Both the position numbers and the translations under genes were made by a program. A stretch of 32,000 bases of DNA. Source: Thermodesulfobacterium commune DSM 2178 (GTDB lineage Bacteria; Desulfobacterota; Thermodesulfobacteria; Thermodesulfobacteriales; Thermodesulfobacteriaceae). The notes beneath the pieces are model-generated. The model was not told the DNA's origin. It did no database searches and was given only the letters and a program-made list of their open reading frames with translations. This document shows positions 1-8,344 of the stretch, piece by piece; the first letter of the stretch is position 1; each line of letters starts with the position of its first letter. The stretch is from NCBI RefSeq assembly GCF_000734015.1, contig NZ_CP008796.1:630001-662000 (forward strand). Direction: 5' to 3'.

Positions 1-589
1 AGGTGGAAAGAGGTTTGGTAGGATAAAAAGAAGTGGCAGAAGCAACCCCAAAGGTTCCAACATATCTATCAAGTATCTTAGCCCCAAAGGCCTGGCAAAT
101 GTCTTCTATAAGTAAAATCCCTTTTTCTTGGCAAAACACTTCAATCCTTTCTAAATCAGCAGGAATACCAAATAAACTTACTACTATAGCTCCAGAGACC
201 TTTTTACCTCGTTTCGTAAGATAAAGATAAGCCTCTTTTAACGTTTCTAAGGAAACATTAAAGTTAGATTCTTCTATGTCAACAAAATAAGGAATAAGTC
301 CAGCCCGTACTACTACCTCAGAAGTAGCAATAAAAGTAAAAGATGGTACTAACACATAACTTCCCTGAGGTAGGTCTAAGGCCTTGAGTATTAAGTATAA
401 CCCCTCTGTCCCTGAAGAAACTCCTATAGCATAAGGAATATCTAAAAAAGAAGCTAAAGTTCTTTCTATTTCTTTTGTATAAGGTCCATTCAAATAAACC
501 CCACTTCTTAAAACGTTAATAACTTCTTTCTCTATCTCTTGTCCATATTTTTGATATCCTCTTTTCAGGTCCAAAAAAGGAATCTCCAT
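1..589 (-). CDS. DegT/DnrJ/EryC1/StrS-family PLP-dependent sugar aminotransferase, N-terminal part (3' end runs off the window)
   Basis: The minus-strand frame is open from ATG 589-587 (RBS GGGGAG upstream) to the window edge. Translation MEIPFLDLKRGYQKYGQEIEKEVINVLRSGVYLNGPYTKEIE..GVSSGTEGLYL..SFTFIATSEVV.. matches the family N-terminus. It is absent from the ORF track because there is no stop in the window. Confidence 0.8.
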   Translation of the reverse strand, partial: MEIPFLDLKRGYQKYGQEIEKEVINVLRSGVYLNGPYTKEIERTLASFLDIPYAIGVSSGTEGLYLILKALDLPQGSYVLVPSFTFIATSEVVVRAGLIPYFVDIEESNFNVSLETLKEAYLYLTKRGKKVSGAIVVSLFGIPADLERIEVFCQEKGILLIEDICQAFGAKILDRYVGTFGVASATSFYPTKPLST

Positions 590-688
590 TTTTTCTCCCC
601 TTTACTTAAAAATCTTAGTTATTATACTTTATCTGATTAAATTAAACAACCCTTGACTAAACAATCCCAAAAATCTTGACTTTACTTA

Positions 689-1483
689 ATGAAAAGGTTA
701 CTTTTTTACCGGAGAGGAGGATTAGGTGATACCCTTCTTACGTTTCCGGTTCTTGAGGTTTTAAAAAGTCAAGGTTATAAAATAACTGTCATAGGGGTTA
801 AAGCCTATTATCAGTTAGCTCAAAAAGTAGGATGGGTAGACGAGATCTATGAGGACCTTTATCCGCAGGTGTTAAACCAACCCTATGATTTAAAAATTTT
901 CTTCTCTAAAACAGAAGGGTTCGACCCTTTCCCTTCAGAAAGGATATGGCTGGTAGACTATTACTTTAGTTGTTTAAACCTACCTAAAAAGTTTTCTCAA
1001 ATTTTACCTGTCGAAGGATCAACTGAAAGCATACTAAAAAACAAGGTAGTTCTTCATCCAGGAAGTGGTTCCTCTAAAAAAATCCCTGATTTTTTGCTTT
1101 TTTCGATGATAGAAAAATTTTTAAAAGAAAAAAAATTTGACTATATTTACATAGTAGGAGAGGCTGACAAGTGGATAAAGGATTTTACCTCAAATTTTTG
1201 GGAAGTAGAGGACATTGAGGTTTTAGCTAAGGCTTTAAAAACCGCTCGAGGGTTTATAGGGCTTGACAGTGGGATATCACACTTGGCAAGTTATTTAGGA
1301 GTAAAAAGTTTTATCTTTTTTGGCCCCACAGACCATATTGTATGGCGTCCGATAGGCCCTAAACATACCGTCATAACCTTAGGGTTAAAATGTAGTCCTT
1401 GTTTTCCTAAGACCTGTTCTGAAAGGCCTTGCTTAGAGCCTCAAAATTTGTTTTTCAAATTTTTAGAAAAGGTAGTTTTATAG
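689..1483 (+). CDS. Glycosyltransferase family 9 (ADP-heptose:LPS heptosyltransferase-like)
   Basis: 264-aa ORF. The motifs RRGGLGDTLLTFPVL and GLDSGISHLASYLGVKSFIFFGPTD are typical of GT9. It is divergent from the DegT gene. Confidence 0.7.
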   Translation: MKRLLFYRRGGLGDTLLTFPVLEVLKSQGYKITVIGVKAYYQLAQKVGWVDEIYEDLYPQVLNQPYDLKIFFSKTEGFDPFPSERIWLVDYYFSCLNLPKKFSQILPVEGSTESILKNKVVLHPGSGSSKKIPDFLLFSMIEKFLKEKKFDYIYIVGEADKWIKDFTSNFWEVEDIEVLAKALKTARGFIGLDSGISHLASYLGVKSFIFFGPTDHIVWRPIGPKHTVITLGLKCSPCFPKTCSERPCLEPQNLFFKFLEKVVL

Positions 1484-1577
1484 GGATTTTTAAAATAATT
1501 TTATTTATTTTTTCTATTAGATGGTTTAGGCTAAGGTGTTAAACTTAGAAATTTGAAAAAATTTTAAAAGGGGGCAT

Positions 1578-2198
1578 ATGATGAAAACGTTAGATGTAAA
1601 AGGGCTTCCCTGTCCTCAACCTGTTATTCAAACAAAAGATTTTTTAGAAAGTTTAGAAGAGGGAGAGGTTTTTCAGATAGTTTTAGATAGTCAAACGTCA
1701 GCTAATAATGTAAAAAAATTTTTAAATTCCCAGGGACACAAAATCATTTCTGAGGTAGAAAAAGGAGAAGAAATTTTATTGGTGGTAGAAAAAAAAGGTT
1801 CTGAAGTAAAGGTAAAAGATGAAGAGCTTGCTCATTTTTCATGCGAAACAAATTTAGAAAAAAAAGAGCTTTTTGTTATTCTAACCAATGATGTAATCGG
1901 TAAAGATGAGGCTTTAGGTAAGATATTGATAAAAGGCTTTTTTGAGACCATGCTTGTACAAAACCTTTTACCAGACAGAATGTTTTTTATGAACAAAGGG
2001 GTATTTTTAACTACAAAGGACGAAGAAATAATATCTTTACTAAATGAGATTGAGAAAAAAGGGGTTGAAATCTATTCTTGTGGTACCTGTTTAAAATACT
2101 ATGGTTTAGAAGATCAACTCAAAGTCGGGAAAAGAGGTGGCACAGACATCTACTTAGAAGGGATGTTTTATTTCAAAAAAACCGTTTGGATAGGTTAA
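1578..2198 (+). CDS. yedF: Sulfurtransferase-like selenium metabolism protein YedF (TusA/SirA-like N-domain with CPxP plus DsrE-like C-domain)
   Basis: The N-terminus LDVKGLPCPQPVIQTKD carries the TusA CPxP motif. The C-terminal half (FVILTNDVIGKDEALG..SCGTCLKYYGL) is DsrE-like. RBS AAGGGGG lies upstream; the start could be 1578 or 1581. Confidence 0.75.
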   Translation: MMKTLDVKGLPCPQPVIQTKDFLESLEEGEVFQIVLDSQTSANNVKKFLNSQGHKIISEVEKGEEILLVVEKKGSEVKVKDEELAHFSCETNLEKKELFVILTNDVIGKDEALGKILIKGFFETMLVQNLLPDRMFFMNKGVFLTTKDEEIISLLNEIEKKGVEIYSCGTCLKYYGLEDQLKVGKRGGTDIYLEGMFYFKKTVWIG

Positions 2199-2216
2199 AT
2201 TACCTCTAAAAAGGCC

Positions 2217-2245
2217 TTGACAACCTTGGTAAAGATGTTTAAATA
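2217..2245 (+). promoter_or_regulatory. Candidate sigma70 promoter for the tRNA-Met / small ORF / tRNA-Cys / queDE unit
   Basis: TTGACA (2217-2222), a 17-nt spacer, then TAAATA (2240-2245). It lies 22 nt upstream of tRNA-Met. Confidence 0.4.
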
Positions 2246-2267
2246 ATATAAAAAACTTGTTAAATAT

Positions 2268-2341
2268 GGCGGCGTAGCTCAACAGGTTAGAGCATGTGGC
2301 TCATATCCACAGGGTTGGGGGTTCGAGTCCCTCCGCCGCCA
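2268..2341 (+). tRNA. tRNA-Met (anticodon CAT), elongator type; a lysidine-modified tRNA-Ile2 cannot be excluded
   Basis: Hand-folded cloverleaf: acceptor GGCGGCG/CGCCGCC, anticodon arm TGTGG-CTCATAT-CCACA, T-arm GGGGG-TTCGAGT-CCCTC, discriminator A. The 1:72 pair is G-C, so it is not an initiator. CCA is not encoded. Confidence 0.9.
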
Positions 2342-2368
2342 CTAAATTAAATCCCTTGAGGAAAGGCT

Positions 2369-2575
2369 ATGAAGGATAAGATTGAGGTAAAAAAGATTGC
2401 CACTCCTCAAGAAGCAGCCCAGCTTCTTAGGCAAATTGCCGAGGAAGTAGAACAAGGTAAGGTAAAGATTGAACAGGTGGAAATAGATTTGCCTGCCAAT
2501 TTTGAATGTGAACTGAAGTATAAGGTTAAAGAAGACAAAAAAGAATTTGAAATAGAGTTTACTTGGAGGAGTTAA
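2369..2575 (+). CDS. Small acidic protein resembling the amphi-Trp domain family
   Basis: 68-aa ORF with RBS GAGGAAAGG. The layout is an N-terminal helix (PQEAAQLLRQIAEEVEQGKVKI) followed by alternating charged beta-like segments ending in EFEIEFTWRS. The family assignment is from memory of the amphi-Trp signature. Confidence 0.55.
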   Translation: MKDKIEVKKIATPQEAAQLLRQIAEEVEQGKVKIEQVEIDLPANFECELKYKVKEDKKEFEIEFTWRS

Positions 2576-2584
2576 GTTTTAGCT

Positions 2585-2656
2585 GGCGGCGTAGCCAAGC
2601 GGTAAGGCGACGGCCTGCAAAGCCGTGAATCCGGGGTTCGAATCCCCGCGCCGCCT
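2585..2656 (+). tRNA. tRNA-Cys (anticodon GCA)
   Basis: Acceptor GGCGGCG/CGCCGCC, anticodon arm ACGGC-CTGCAAA-GCCGT, T-arm CGGGG-TTCGAAT-CCCCG. The discriminator is T, which is the U73 identity element of tRNA-Cys. Confidence 0.9.
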
Positions 2657-2680
2657 TTACTTTTTATATCACTTTTAATT

Positions 2681-3055
2681 ATGTTCAGATTAAAAGTACA
2701 AGATTCTTTTTCTTCAGCCCACTTCTTAAGAAACTACGAAGGTCCATGTGAAAAACTTCATGGACATAATTGGAAGGTAGAGGTGGTAGTAGAAGGAGAA
2801 CGTTTAAACGAGCTTGATATGCTCATCGATTTCAAAGAGCTAAAAAAAGCCCTAAAAGAAACTTTGAAAAGCTTAGACCATCGTCTTTTAAACGACCTCC
2901 CCTATTTTTTGGAGGTTAACCCTTCATCTGAAAGGATTGCCCAATATATCTTTCAAGACCTCAAGAAAAAACTTTCTTTATATACAAACTTAAAGATTAA
3001 AGAAGTAACTGTTTTTGAAACAGAAAAGGCCTGTGCCACCTACTTTGAACCTTAA
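2681..3055 (+). CDS. queD: 6-carboxy-5,6,7,8-tetrahydropterin synthase
   Basis: 124 aa. FSSAHFL..CEKLHGHNWKVEV is the QueD/PTPS zinc-site signature. It is adjacent to queE. Confidence 0.9.
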   Translation: MFRLKVQDSFSSAHFLRNYEGPCEKLHGHNWKVEVVVEGERLNELDMLIDFKELKKALKETLKSLDHRLLNDLPYFLEVNPSSERIAQYIFQDLKKKLSLYTNLKIKEVTVFETEKACATYFEP

Positions 3056-3683
3056 AATCTCTGAGACCTTTTTCTCTATCCAAGGGGAAGGTCCTTTTGC
3101 AGGTTATCCTACGTTTTTTGTAAGACTTTTTGGGTGTAACCTAAAATGTACATGGTGTGATACCCTTTATGCAAGAGAAAGTGATAAATACCAAAGCATA
3201 ACCTTAGAAGAGATAATTAAGTTATGGGAAAACCACTATTCTTCAATCCCCTACATCGCTATCACAGGTGGTGAACCCTTGCTTCAACCAGAAGTCTATC
3301 CTTTAATAGATAGGTTTTTGAATAAAAAATGTATAGTTTGCATAGAAACCAACGGAAGCCTCTCTCTTAAGCACCTTCCTCCTCAAGTGATTAAAGTTAT
3401 GGACCTAAAAACTCCCTCTTCTGGAATGGCAGACCACAATCTATATGAAAACATCGACTTTCTTAGCTCAAAGGACGTCATAAAGTTTGTAATACAAGAC
3501 AGAAAAGATTTCGAGTTTGCTTTAGATAAAATTAAAACTTTTGACCTTATCTCTAAAACCCAAGTGTATTTTTCTCCGGTATTTGAAAAGCTTTCTCCTA
3601 AAGAACTGGCGAACTGGCTTTTAGAAGTTAAACTACCTATAAGATTACAAATTCAACTGCACAAACTTTTAAACTTAAAATAA
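3015..3683 (+). CDS. queE: 7-carboxy-7-deazaguanine synthase (radical SAM)
   Basis: ISETFFSIQGEGPFAGYPTFFVRLFGCNLKCTWCDT is the QueE N-terminus with a CX3CX2C-like cluster motif. The start is uncertain: the track start at 3015 is TTG, and the in-frame TTG at 3045 (MNLKISETFFSIQGEG) looks more typical. Confidence 0.88.
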   Translation: MKQKRPVPPTLNLKISETFFSIQGEGPFAGYPTFFVRLFGCNLKCTWCDTLYARESDKYQSITLEEIIKLWENHYSSIPYIAITGGEPLLQPEVYPLIDRFLNKKCIVCIETNGSLSLKHLPPQVIKVMDLKTPSSGMADHNLYENIDFLSSKDVIKFVIQDRKDFEFALDKIKTFDLISKTQVYFSPVFEKLSPKELANWLLEVKLPIRLQIQLHKLLNLK

Positions 3684-3719
3684 ATCTATACGATTTAAAT
3701 TGTAGATTTTATTTTTTTG
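3684..3719 (+). terminator. Possible intrinsic terminator after queE
   Basis: ATCTATA (3684-3690) pairs with TGTAGAT (3701-3707) at 6 of 7 positions and is followed by a T-run (3708-3719). The stem is AT-rich and weak. Confidence 0.35.
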
Positions 3720-3735
3720 TGTTAAAATAATCACT

Positions 3736-4689
3736 ATGAAAGAACAAGATTTAAATGTCTTAGAACAAGAAACAACCGAAGTTTTATCTCAACTTCCCGC
3801 AATCGTCGAAGAAAGTCTCCCCGCTAAATTTGACCCTCTCCAAAAATATCTGAAAGAAATCAGTAAATATCCGGTACTTACCAGAGAGGAAGAAGAACAG
3901 ATAGCTAAAGCTTATTATGAAACTAAGGACCCTCGATTAGCTTATAAATTGGTGGTCTCAAATCTTAAATTAGTGGTAAAAATAGCCTTAGAATTTCAGA
4001 AATTTTGGGCTCACAACTTCTTAGACCTTATCCAAGAGGGTAATCTTGGGTTACTTCAAGCGGTAAAAAAATTTGACCCTTATAAAGGGGTTAAATTTTC
4101 TTATTATGCCTCTTTCTGGATAAAAGCTTACATTCTTAAATACATTATGGATAATTGGAAACTTGTTAAAATGGGAACTACACAAGCTCAAAGAAAATTA
4201 TTTTATAAACTTCGCAAGGAAAAAGAAAAACTTGCAGCCTTAGGTTTTGAGCCAACTTCTGTAGAGATAGCTAAACGTTTAGGAGTTAAAGAAAAAGAAG
4301 TAGAAGAAATGGAACAGAGAATGTTTTCTCAAGACCTAAGTCTTGAAGCACCGATAGGGTACGACTCTGAAGATACCTTAGCCAGTTTTCTTAAAGATCA
4401 TAGACCTACTCCGGAAGAAATCTATGCCAAAGAAGAAATGCTTTCAAAGTTTAAAAAGCTTTTAAAAGAGTTTGCCCAAACGCTGTCTGGCAAAGATTAT
4501 GTTATCTTTCACGAAAGACTATTTACCGAAAACCCTAAAACTTTGAATGAACTTTCTCAAAAGTTAGGGATTTCTAAGGAAAGGGTTAGACAAATAGAAG
4601 AAAAAGTTATTAAAAACCTTAAAAAATTTCTTGAAGAGAGGCTACCTGATGTTCAATACTACACCCTGGCACTTCCAGAAAATCTTTAG
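3736..4689 (+). CDS. rpoH: RNA polymerase sigma factor, sigma-70 family, RpoH-like (sigma-32)
   Basis: 317 aa. Region 2 reads DLIQEGNLGLLQAVKKFDPYKGVKFSYYASFWIKAYI. An RpoH-box-like segment TTQAQRKLFYKLRKEK is present. The region 4 HTH reads LNELSQKLGISKERVRQIEEKV. Confidence 0.75.
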   Translation: MKEQDLNVLEQETTEVLSQLPAIVEESLPAKFDPLQKYLKEISKYPVLTREEEEQIAKAYYETKDPRLAYKLVVSNLKLVVKIALEFQKFWAHNFLDLIQEGNLGLLQAVKKFDPYKGVKFSYYASFWIKAYILKYIMDNWKLVKMGTTQAQRKLFYKLRKEKEKLAALGFEPTSVEIAKRLGVKEKEVEEMEQRMFSQDLSLEAPIGYDSEDTLASFLKDHRPTPEEIYAKEEMLSKFKKLLKEFAQTLSGKDYVIFHERLFTENPKTLNELSQKLGISKERVRQIEEKVIKNLKKFLEERLPDVQYYTLALPENL

Positions 4690-6235
4690 TTTATCTCTGA
4701 TATTTGTTCTCTTCTGTCTTTTTATTCCTGCCTGCTCCTTTGCTTCTAATCACAAAGGCTTAGCTTATTACTACTTTCTTTTAGCCTTAAGACAGGAAAA
4801 CCCAGAAAAAACAGAACAATATCTAAAAAAAGCCATAAAACTTGACAAAAAAAGCCTTTATCTACAAAAACAGTTAATTTTATACTATCTTCAAAACAAA
4901 AAGTTTAAACAGGCAGAGAGTTTAGCTAAAAATCTTCTTTCTGAGTATCCCGATGAAAAAGAACTTACCTTAATTTTAGCCAAAATTTATCTTTTTGAAG
5001 ATAGACCTTATAAGGCAGCTAACCTACTTGAAAACCTCCTGGAAAAAGAACCTAAAAATGAAGAGATTTTAAGTTTATTGATAAACATTTATCTTGAAAA
5101 AAAAGACTGGAATTCTGCTTTATCTCACTTAGAAAAATTACTAAAAATAGACCCTAATAACTATGTTGCTTGGTTGTTTAAAGGTAGGGTTTTAAAGGAA
5201 TTAAAGAGACTGAAAGAAGCTAAAGAAGCTTATCTAAATGCTTTAAAAAATTCTTCTGATAACAGAATGATTTTGATTGAACTCCTAAAATTTTTAGAAG
5301 AAAATAAAGAAGACCAACAGTTAGAAGAGATTTTAAAGGTGCTTATTCAAAAATATCCTACAGATGAGAACCTTATCAAGCTCTTGTTAGGTTTTTATGT
5401 AGAAAAAGGAGACTGGCAAAACTCTGAAAAACTTCTCAAAGACATTCCAGAAGGTCTAAAAGATAAACCTGAAATGCTTTTTTTCTTAGGATTTTGTTTA
5501 GAGAATCAAAAGAAAATAGACGAGGCTTTGGAAATTTATAAAAAAATTTTGCCTAAGAATGAATGGGGATTAGAGGCTTCTAAGAGAATAGTTTTAATCT
5601 TGAGAAAAAAGGATAGAAAACAAGCTTTAGATTATTTCAAAACCTTAGAAGAAAAAACCAAAAAAGATAAATCATGGTATAAGCTGTTGATAAGCTCAGC
5701 TGAGGCCTTAGATCTTTGTGAAAAAGGGGTGCAATATGGAGAAGAAGCCTTCAAATTATATCCAGATGAATTAGAGATAATCCTTAGTTTAGCCTCTAAC
5801 TATGCCTGTTTAGAAAACTATCAAAAGGTCTTAGACCTTACGCTTCCATGGTTAAGTAAAATGCCAGAAAATCCTCATGTTTTAAATTTTGTGGGATATA
5901 GTTATGTAGAATTAGGGAAAAATCTTGAAGAGGCAGAAAAACTACTTCTAAAAGCCTTACAGTTTAAGCCTAATGACCCTTACATCCTTGATAGTTTAGG
6001 CTGGTGTTATTATAAAATGGGGAAAATTGACCTCGCTTACCAGTATTTAGAAAAGGCAGTAAACAACTTATCTGAGGAAGAAGCTGTTATCCTAGAGCAT
6101 TTAGCTGACCTGTTGGTAGTGAAAAAGGAAACATCAAAGGCTTGTAATCTTTATAAAAGAGCCCTAAATGCCTCCTTTCATCTCAGAGATACTGAAAGGA
6201 TAAAAAATAAAATAAAAACCTTAGGTTGTGAATAA
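4649..6235 (+). CDS. TPR-repeat lipoprotein
   Basis: The track ORF begins at TTG 4631. ATG 4649 with RBS GAGAGG is the more plausible start. Signal peptide plus lipobox ..LFCLFIPAC. Many TPR-like repeats follow (AxxYLxKAIKLDP-type). It overlaps the end of rpoH. Confidence 0.75.
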   Translation: MFNTTPWHFQKIFSLSLIFVLFCLFIPACSFASNHKGLAYYYFLLALRQENPEKTEQYLKKAIKLDKKSLYLQKQLILYYLQNKKFKQAESLAKNLLSEYPDEKELTLILAKIYLFEDRPYKAANLLENLLEKEPKNEEILSLLINIYLEKKDWNSALSHLEKLLKIDPNNYVAWLFKGRVLKELKRLKEAKEAYLNALKNSSDNRMILIELLKFLEENKEDQQLEEILKVLIQKYPTDENLIKLLLGFYVEKGDWQNSEKLLKDIPEGLKDKPEMLFFLGFCLENQKKIDEALEIYKKILPKNEWGLEASKRIVLILRKKDRKQALDYFKTLEEKTKKDKSWYKLLISSAEALDLCEKGVQYGEEAFKLYPDELEIILSLASNYACLENYQKVLDLTLPWLSKMPENPHVLNFVGYSYVELGKNLEEAEKLLLKALQFKPNDPYILDSLGWCYYKMGKIDLAYQYLEKAVNNLSEEEAVILEHLADLLVVKKETSKACNLYKRALNASFHLRDTERIKNKIKTLGCE

Positions 6236-6830
6236 AGCTTCTGCTCTAACTAAAGTTATCTTTTGGTTACACTTACCCTTTTTCTTGGTTGCTTGTAGTA
6301 AAAAACCTGTCTATTTTTTGTCTGAAACCCTATCTGATAGCATCTACACCGGGAACGTATGGATTACGATAGAGATTAATCAAAGAGAAAAACAAGAAAT
6401 TAATACAGTTTACGGAGATTTTCAGTTAAGTGCTAAGTTTTTTTATCTAAGGCTAAAAGACCCCTTTGGGACAACTTTAGGGGTTTTGGTTTGGAATACA
6501 GAGGAAAAAGAACAAATAAAAATATACGACATATACCATCAAAAAATACTGGTTATTTCTTTTTCTAAAGGTTTTAATCCTAAAGACCTTCCTCAACATT
6601 TTTTGGGAATAAAAGAACAGGAAAAAACATGGGAAGTTCCTAATCATGGTATTATAAAATATAGTTTTGACAAAAATTCTGGACAAGGAAAAGTTAAGTT
6701 TGAAGTGAAAGGTTTTGAAGTATCTTGGAAGTTTAGAAGTTTAAACTCTGTAAACAAACTCCTTTGGGACCCTGCGTTGTATCAAAAACTTTTAGAAAAA
6801 GAGGCTCAAAAAGAATTAATTCAGTTTTGA
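6228..6830 (+). CDS. Hypothetical lipoprotein
   Basis: GTG start overlapping the TPR gene stop. The signal peptide carries lipobox FFLVAC. No domain was recognised from sequence; a LolB-like role is only a guess from size and context. Confidence 0.5.
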   Translation: MNKASALTKVIFWLHLPFFLVACSKKPVYFLSETLSDSIYTGNVWITIEINQREKQEINTVYGDFQLSAKFFYLRLKDPFGTTLGVLVWNTEEKEQIKIYDIYHQKILVISFSKGFNPKDLPQHFLGIKEQEKTWEVPNHGIIKYSFDKNSGQGKVKFEVKGFEVSWKFRSLNSVNKLLWDPALYQKLLEKEAQKELIQF

Positions 6831-6997
6831 TTTTTCCTTTTTGATAGGTCTAATTTTTATCAAAACTTCTTCGACCGTTTGGGGACTAGCCTTTAAAATT
6901 TTAATTTCTAAATTATCATAATAAATTACCTCCCCTTCTCCTGGAATTTTTCCTGTAACAGAATAAATAAAACCATTTAAAGTCTCATAATCTCCTG
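6816..6997 (-). pseudogene. Detached C-terminal fragment (CorC_HlyC transporter-associated domain) of the CNNM/CBS gene split by the IS256 element
   Basis: Minus-strand translation is (D)YETLNGFIYSVTGKIPGEGEVIYYDNLEIKILKASPQTVEEVLIKIRPIKKEKSKLN* with stop at 6818-6816. It is in frame with 8337-9407 once the IS and one TSD copy are removed. It is homologous to the C-terminus of paralog 9404-10669 (ILNGFLLSLFKEIPKEGQAIVYGGYRFTVKRV..). Confidence 0.85.
6990..6997. repeat. Left copy of the 8-bp target-site duplication ATCTCCTG
   Basis: It is identical to 8337-8344. The two copies flank the IS256-family element exactly where the host reading frame is interrupted. Confidence 0.85.
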
Positions 6998-8336
6998 GGG
7001 AGTAGAATATAAATTGTGTCTTTTAATAAAATATTTTAGAGGCATAATAAAAATTTTTAATATTTTTTAAATTAATGATAACATAAAACCTAAAAGACTA
7101 AACTAACCAGGAGGTCTGTAAAATGAAAAACTTAGACTTAGATTTAGAAAAAGTTTTAAGTGAAATCTCAAAAATTGAATCAAAAGAGGGTATCAAAATG
7201 GCTGCTGCACTCCTCTTAAACGCTCTCATGAAAAAAGAAAGAGAAATATTCCTTAGAGATAGTATTGATAATAAAGCTAATGGTTACTATGAAAGACAAC
7301 TTGCCTGTTTCTTAGGTAACCTTGGTATCTCTGTCCCAAGAGATAGAAAATCTGAATTCAGACCTGCTATTCTTCCTCCTGAATGGCAAAAAGCTGATGA
7401 ATCTTTCCAGGACTTTATCCTTAACCTCGTTCTCCAAAGCTACTCCCCCAATAAAATCAAAGCCCTCTTGCAATCTATGAAACTTCCCTACTCTCCAGAA
7501 CAAATAGAAGAAATTAAAGAAGAATTGTATAACCAAGCCAAAGAATTAAAAACCAAAGAATTGCCAGAAAATTTGTTTGCTATGTTTATAGACGCTTATC
7601 ATACTCAGATAAAAGATACCGAAGCCAACAGAATCAGAAAAGCAGTTATTTATAATATCATCGGAATAGATATGGAGGGAAGAAAAAATTTACTTTCTTA
7701 TTACATTTATTTTGGTTCAGAGACGAAGGAGGACTGGCTCCAGATACTTAATGATTTGATAAAGAGGGGAGTTAAGAGGGTTATGGTAATAGTGAGTGAT
7801 GATTTTCCTGGCCTTGCTCAAGCCATAAAAGCCCTTTTTCCTGAGACAGATCATCAGCTTTGTTTTGTACACATGCAAAGGAACATCAACAGGAACATGT
7901 CTAAGCAGGATGCTAAAAAATTTTATGAGGAGTTAAGCATTATAAAGAGGATAGAGGAGTATGAGAGGGCCTTAATTAGATTTGAGGAATTATGTAAGAG
8001 TTATGAGAAGAAGTATCCAGCTTATATAAAGGGACTTTTGAAAAAGAAGGAGCATTATTTTGTTTATAAGAAATATCCTGAGGGGGTGAGGAGGTATATA
8101 TACACGACGAATGTGGTTGAGAATATAAATAGCAGGATAGAGCTGATAAGGGTAAATACAGGGGGATATTTTCAATCAATCAAGACAGCAGAGGTTGCGA
8201 TATACATAACAGTAAGTCGGATTCAGAAAACGAGATGGCAAAAACCACTTCCTTTAATTAAGTCTGCTTTATACGAATTGAGGCAAATGTTTGTAAAGAG
8301 ATTTTATAAGGAGACACAATTCTCTTGACAAGTGTC
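6998..8336 (+). mobile_element. IS256-family insertion sequence (1339 bp), apparently intact
   Basis: It is bounded by the 8-bp direct repeat ATCTCCTG. The imperfect terminal inverted repeats share the core AATTGTGTCT (7012-7021 versus the reverse complement of 8312-8321). It carries a single 401-aa Mutator-type transposase ORF. Confidence 0.85.
7123..8328 (+). CDS. IS256-family (Mutator-type) DDE transposase
   Basis: 401 aa with RBS AGGAGG. Motifs FIDAYHTQIKD, VMVIVSDDFPGL, QLCFVHMQRN and YTTNVVENINSRIE are typical of Transposase_mut/IS256. Confidence 0.9.
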   Translation: MKNLDLDLEKVLSEISKIESKEGIKMAAALLLNALMKKEREIFLRDSIDNKANGYYERQLACFLGNLGISVPRDRKSEFRPAILPPEWQKADESFQDFILNLVLQSYSPNKIKALLQSMKLPYSPEQIEEIKEELYNQAKELKTKELPENLFAMFIDAYHTQIKDTEANRIRKAVIYNIIGIDMEGRKNLLSYYIYFGSETKEDWLQILNDLIKRGVKRVMVIVSDDFPGLAQAIKALFPETDHQLCFVHMQRNINRNMSKQDAKKFYEELSIIKRIEEYERALIRFEELCKSYEKKYPAYIKGLLKKKEHYFVYKKYPEGVRRYIYTTNVVENINSRIELIRVNTGGYFQSIKTAEVAIYITVSRIQKTRWQKPLPLIKSALYELRQMFVKRFYKETQFS

Positions 8337-8344
8337 ATCTCCTG
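8337..8344. repeat. Right copy of the 8-bp target-site duplication ATCTCCTG
   Basis: Identical to 6990-6997. Confidence 0.85.

Noticed and set aside
33-224. 63-aa plus-strand ORF at the window start
   Set aside because: It lies antisense within the clearly homologous DegT-family aminotransferase frame and has no RBS or recognisable features. It is a shadow ORF.
8304-8336. The last 11 codons of track ORF 8304-9407 as native C-terminus
   Set aside because: These codons lie inside the right end of the IS256 element, and the native frame continues at 6989 after the insertion is removed.
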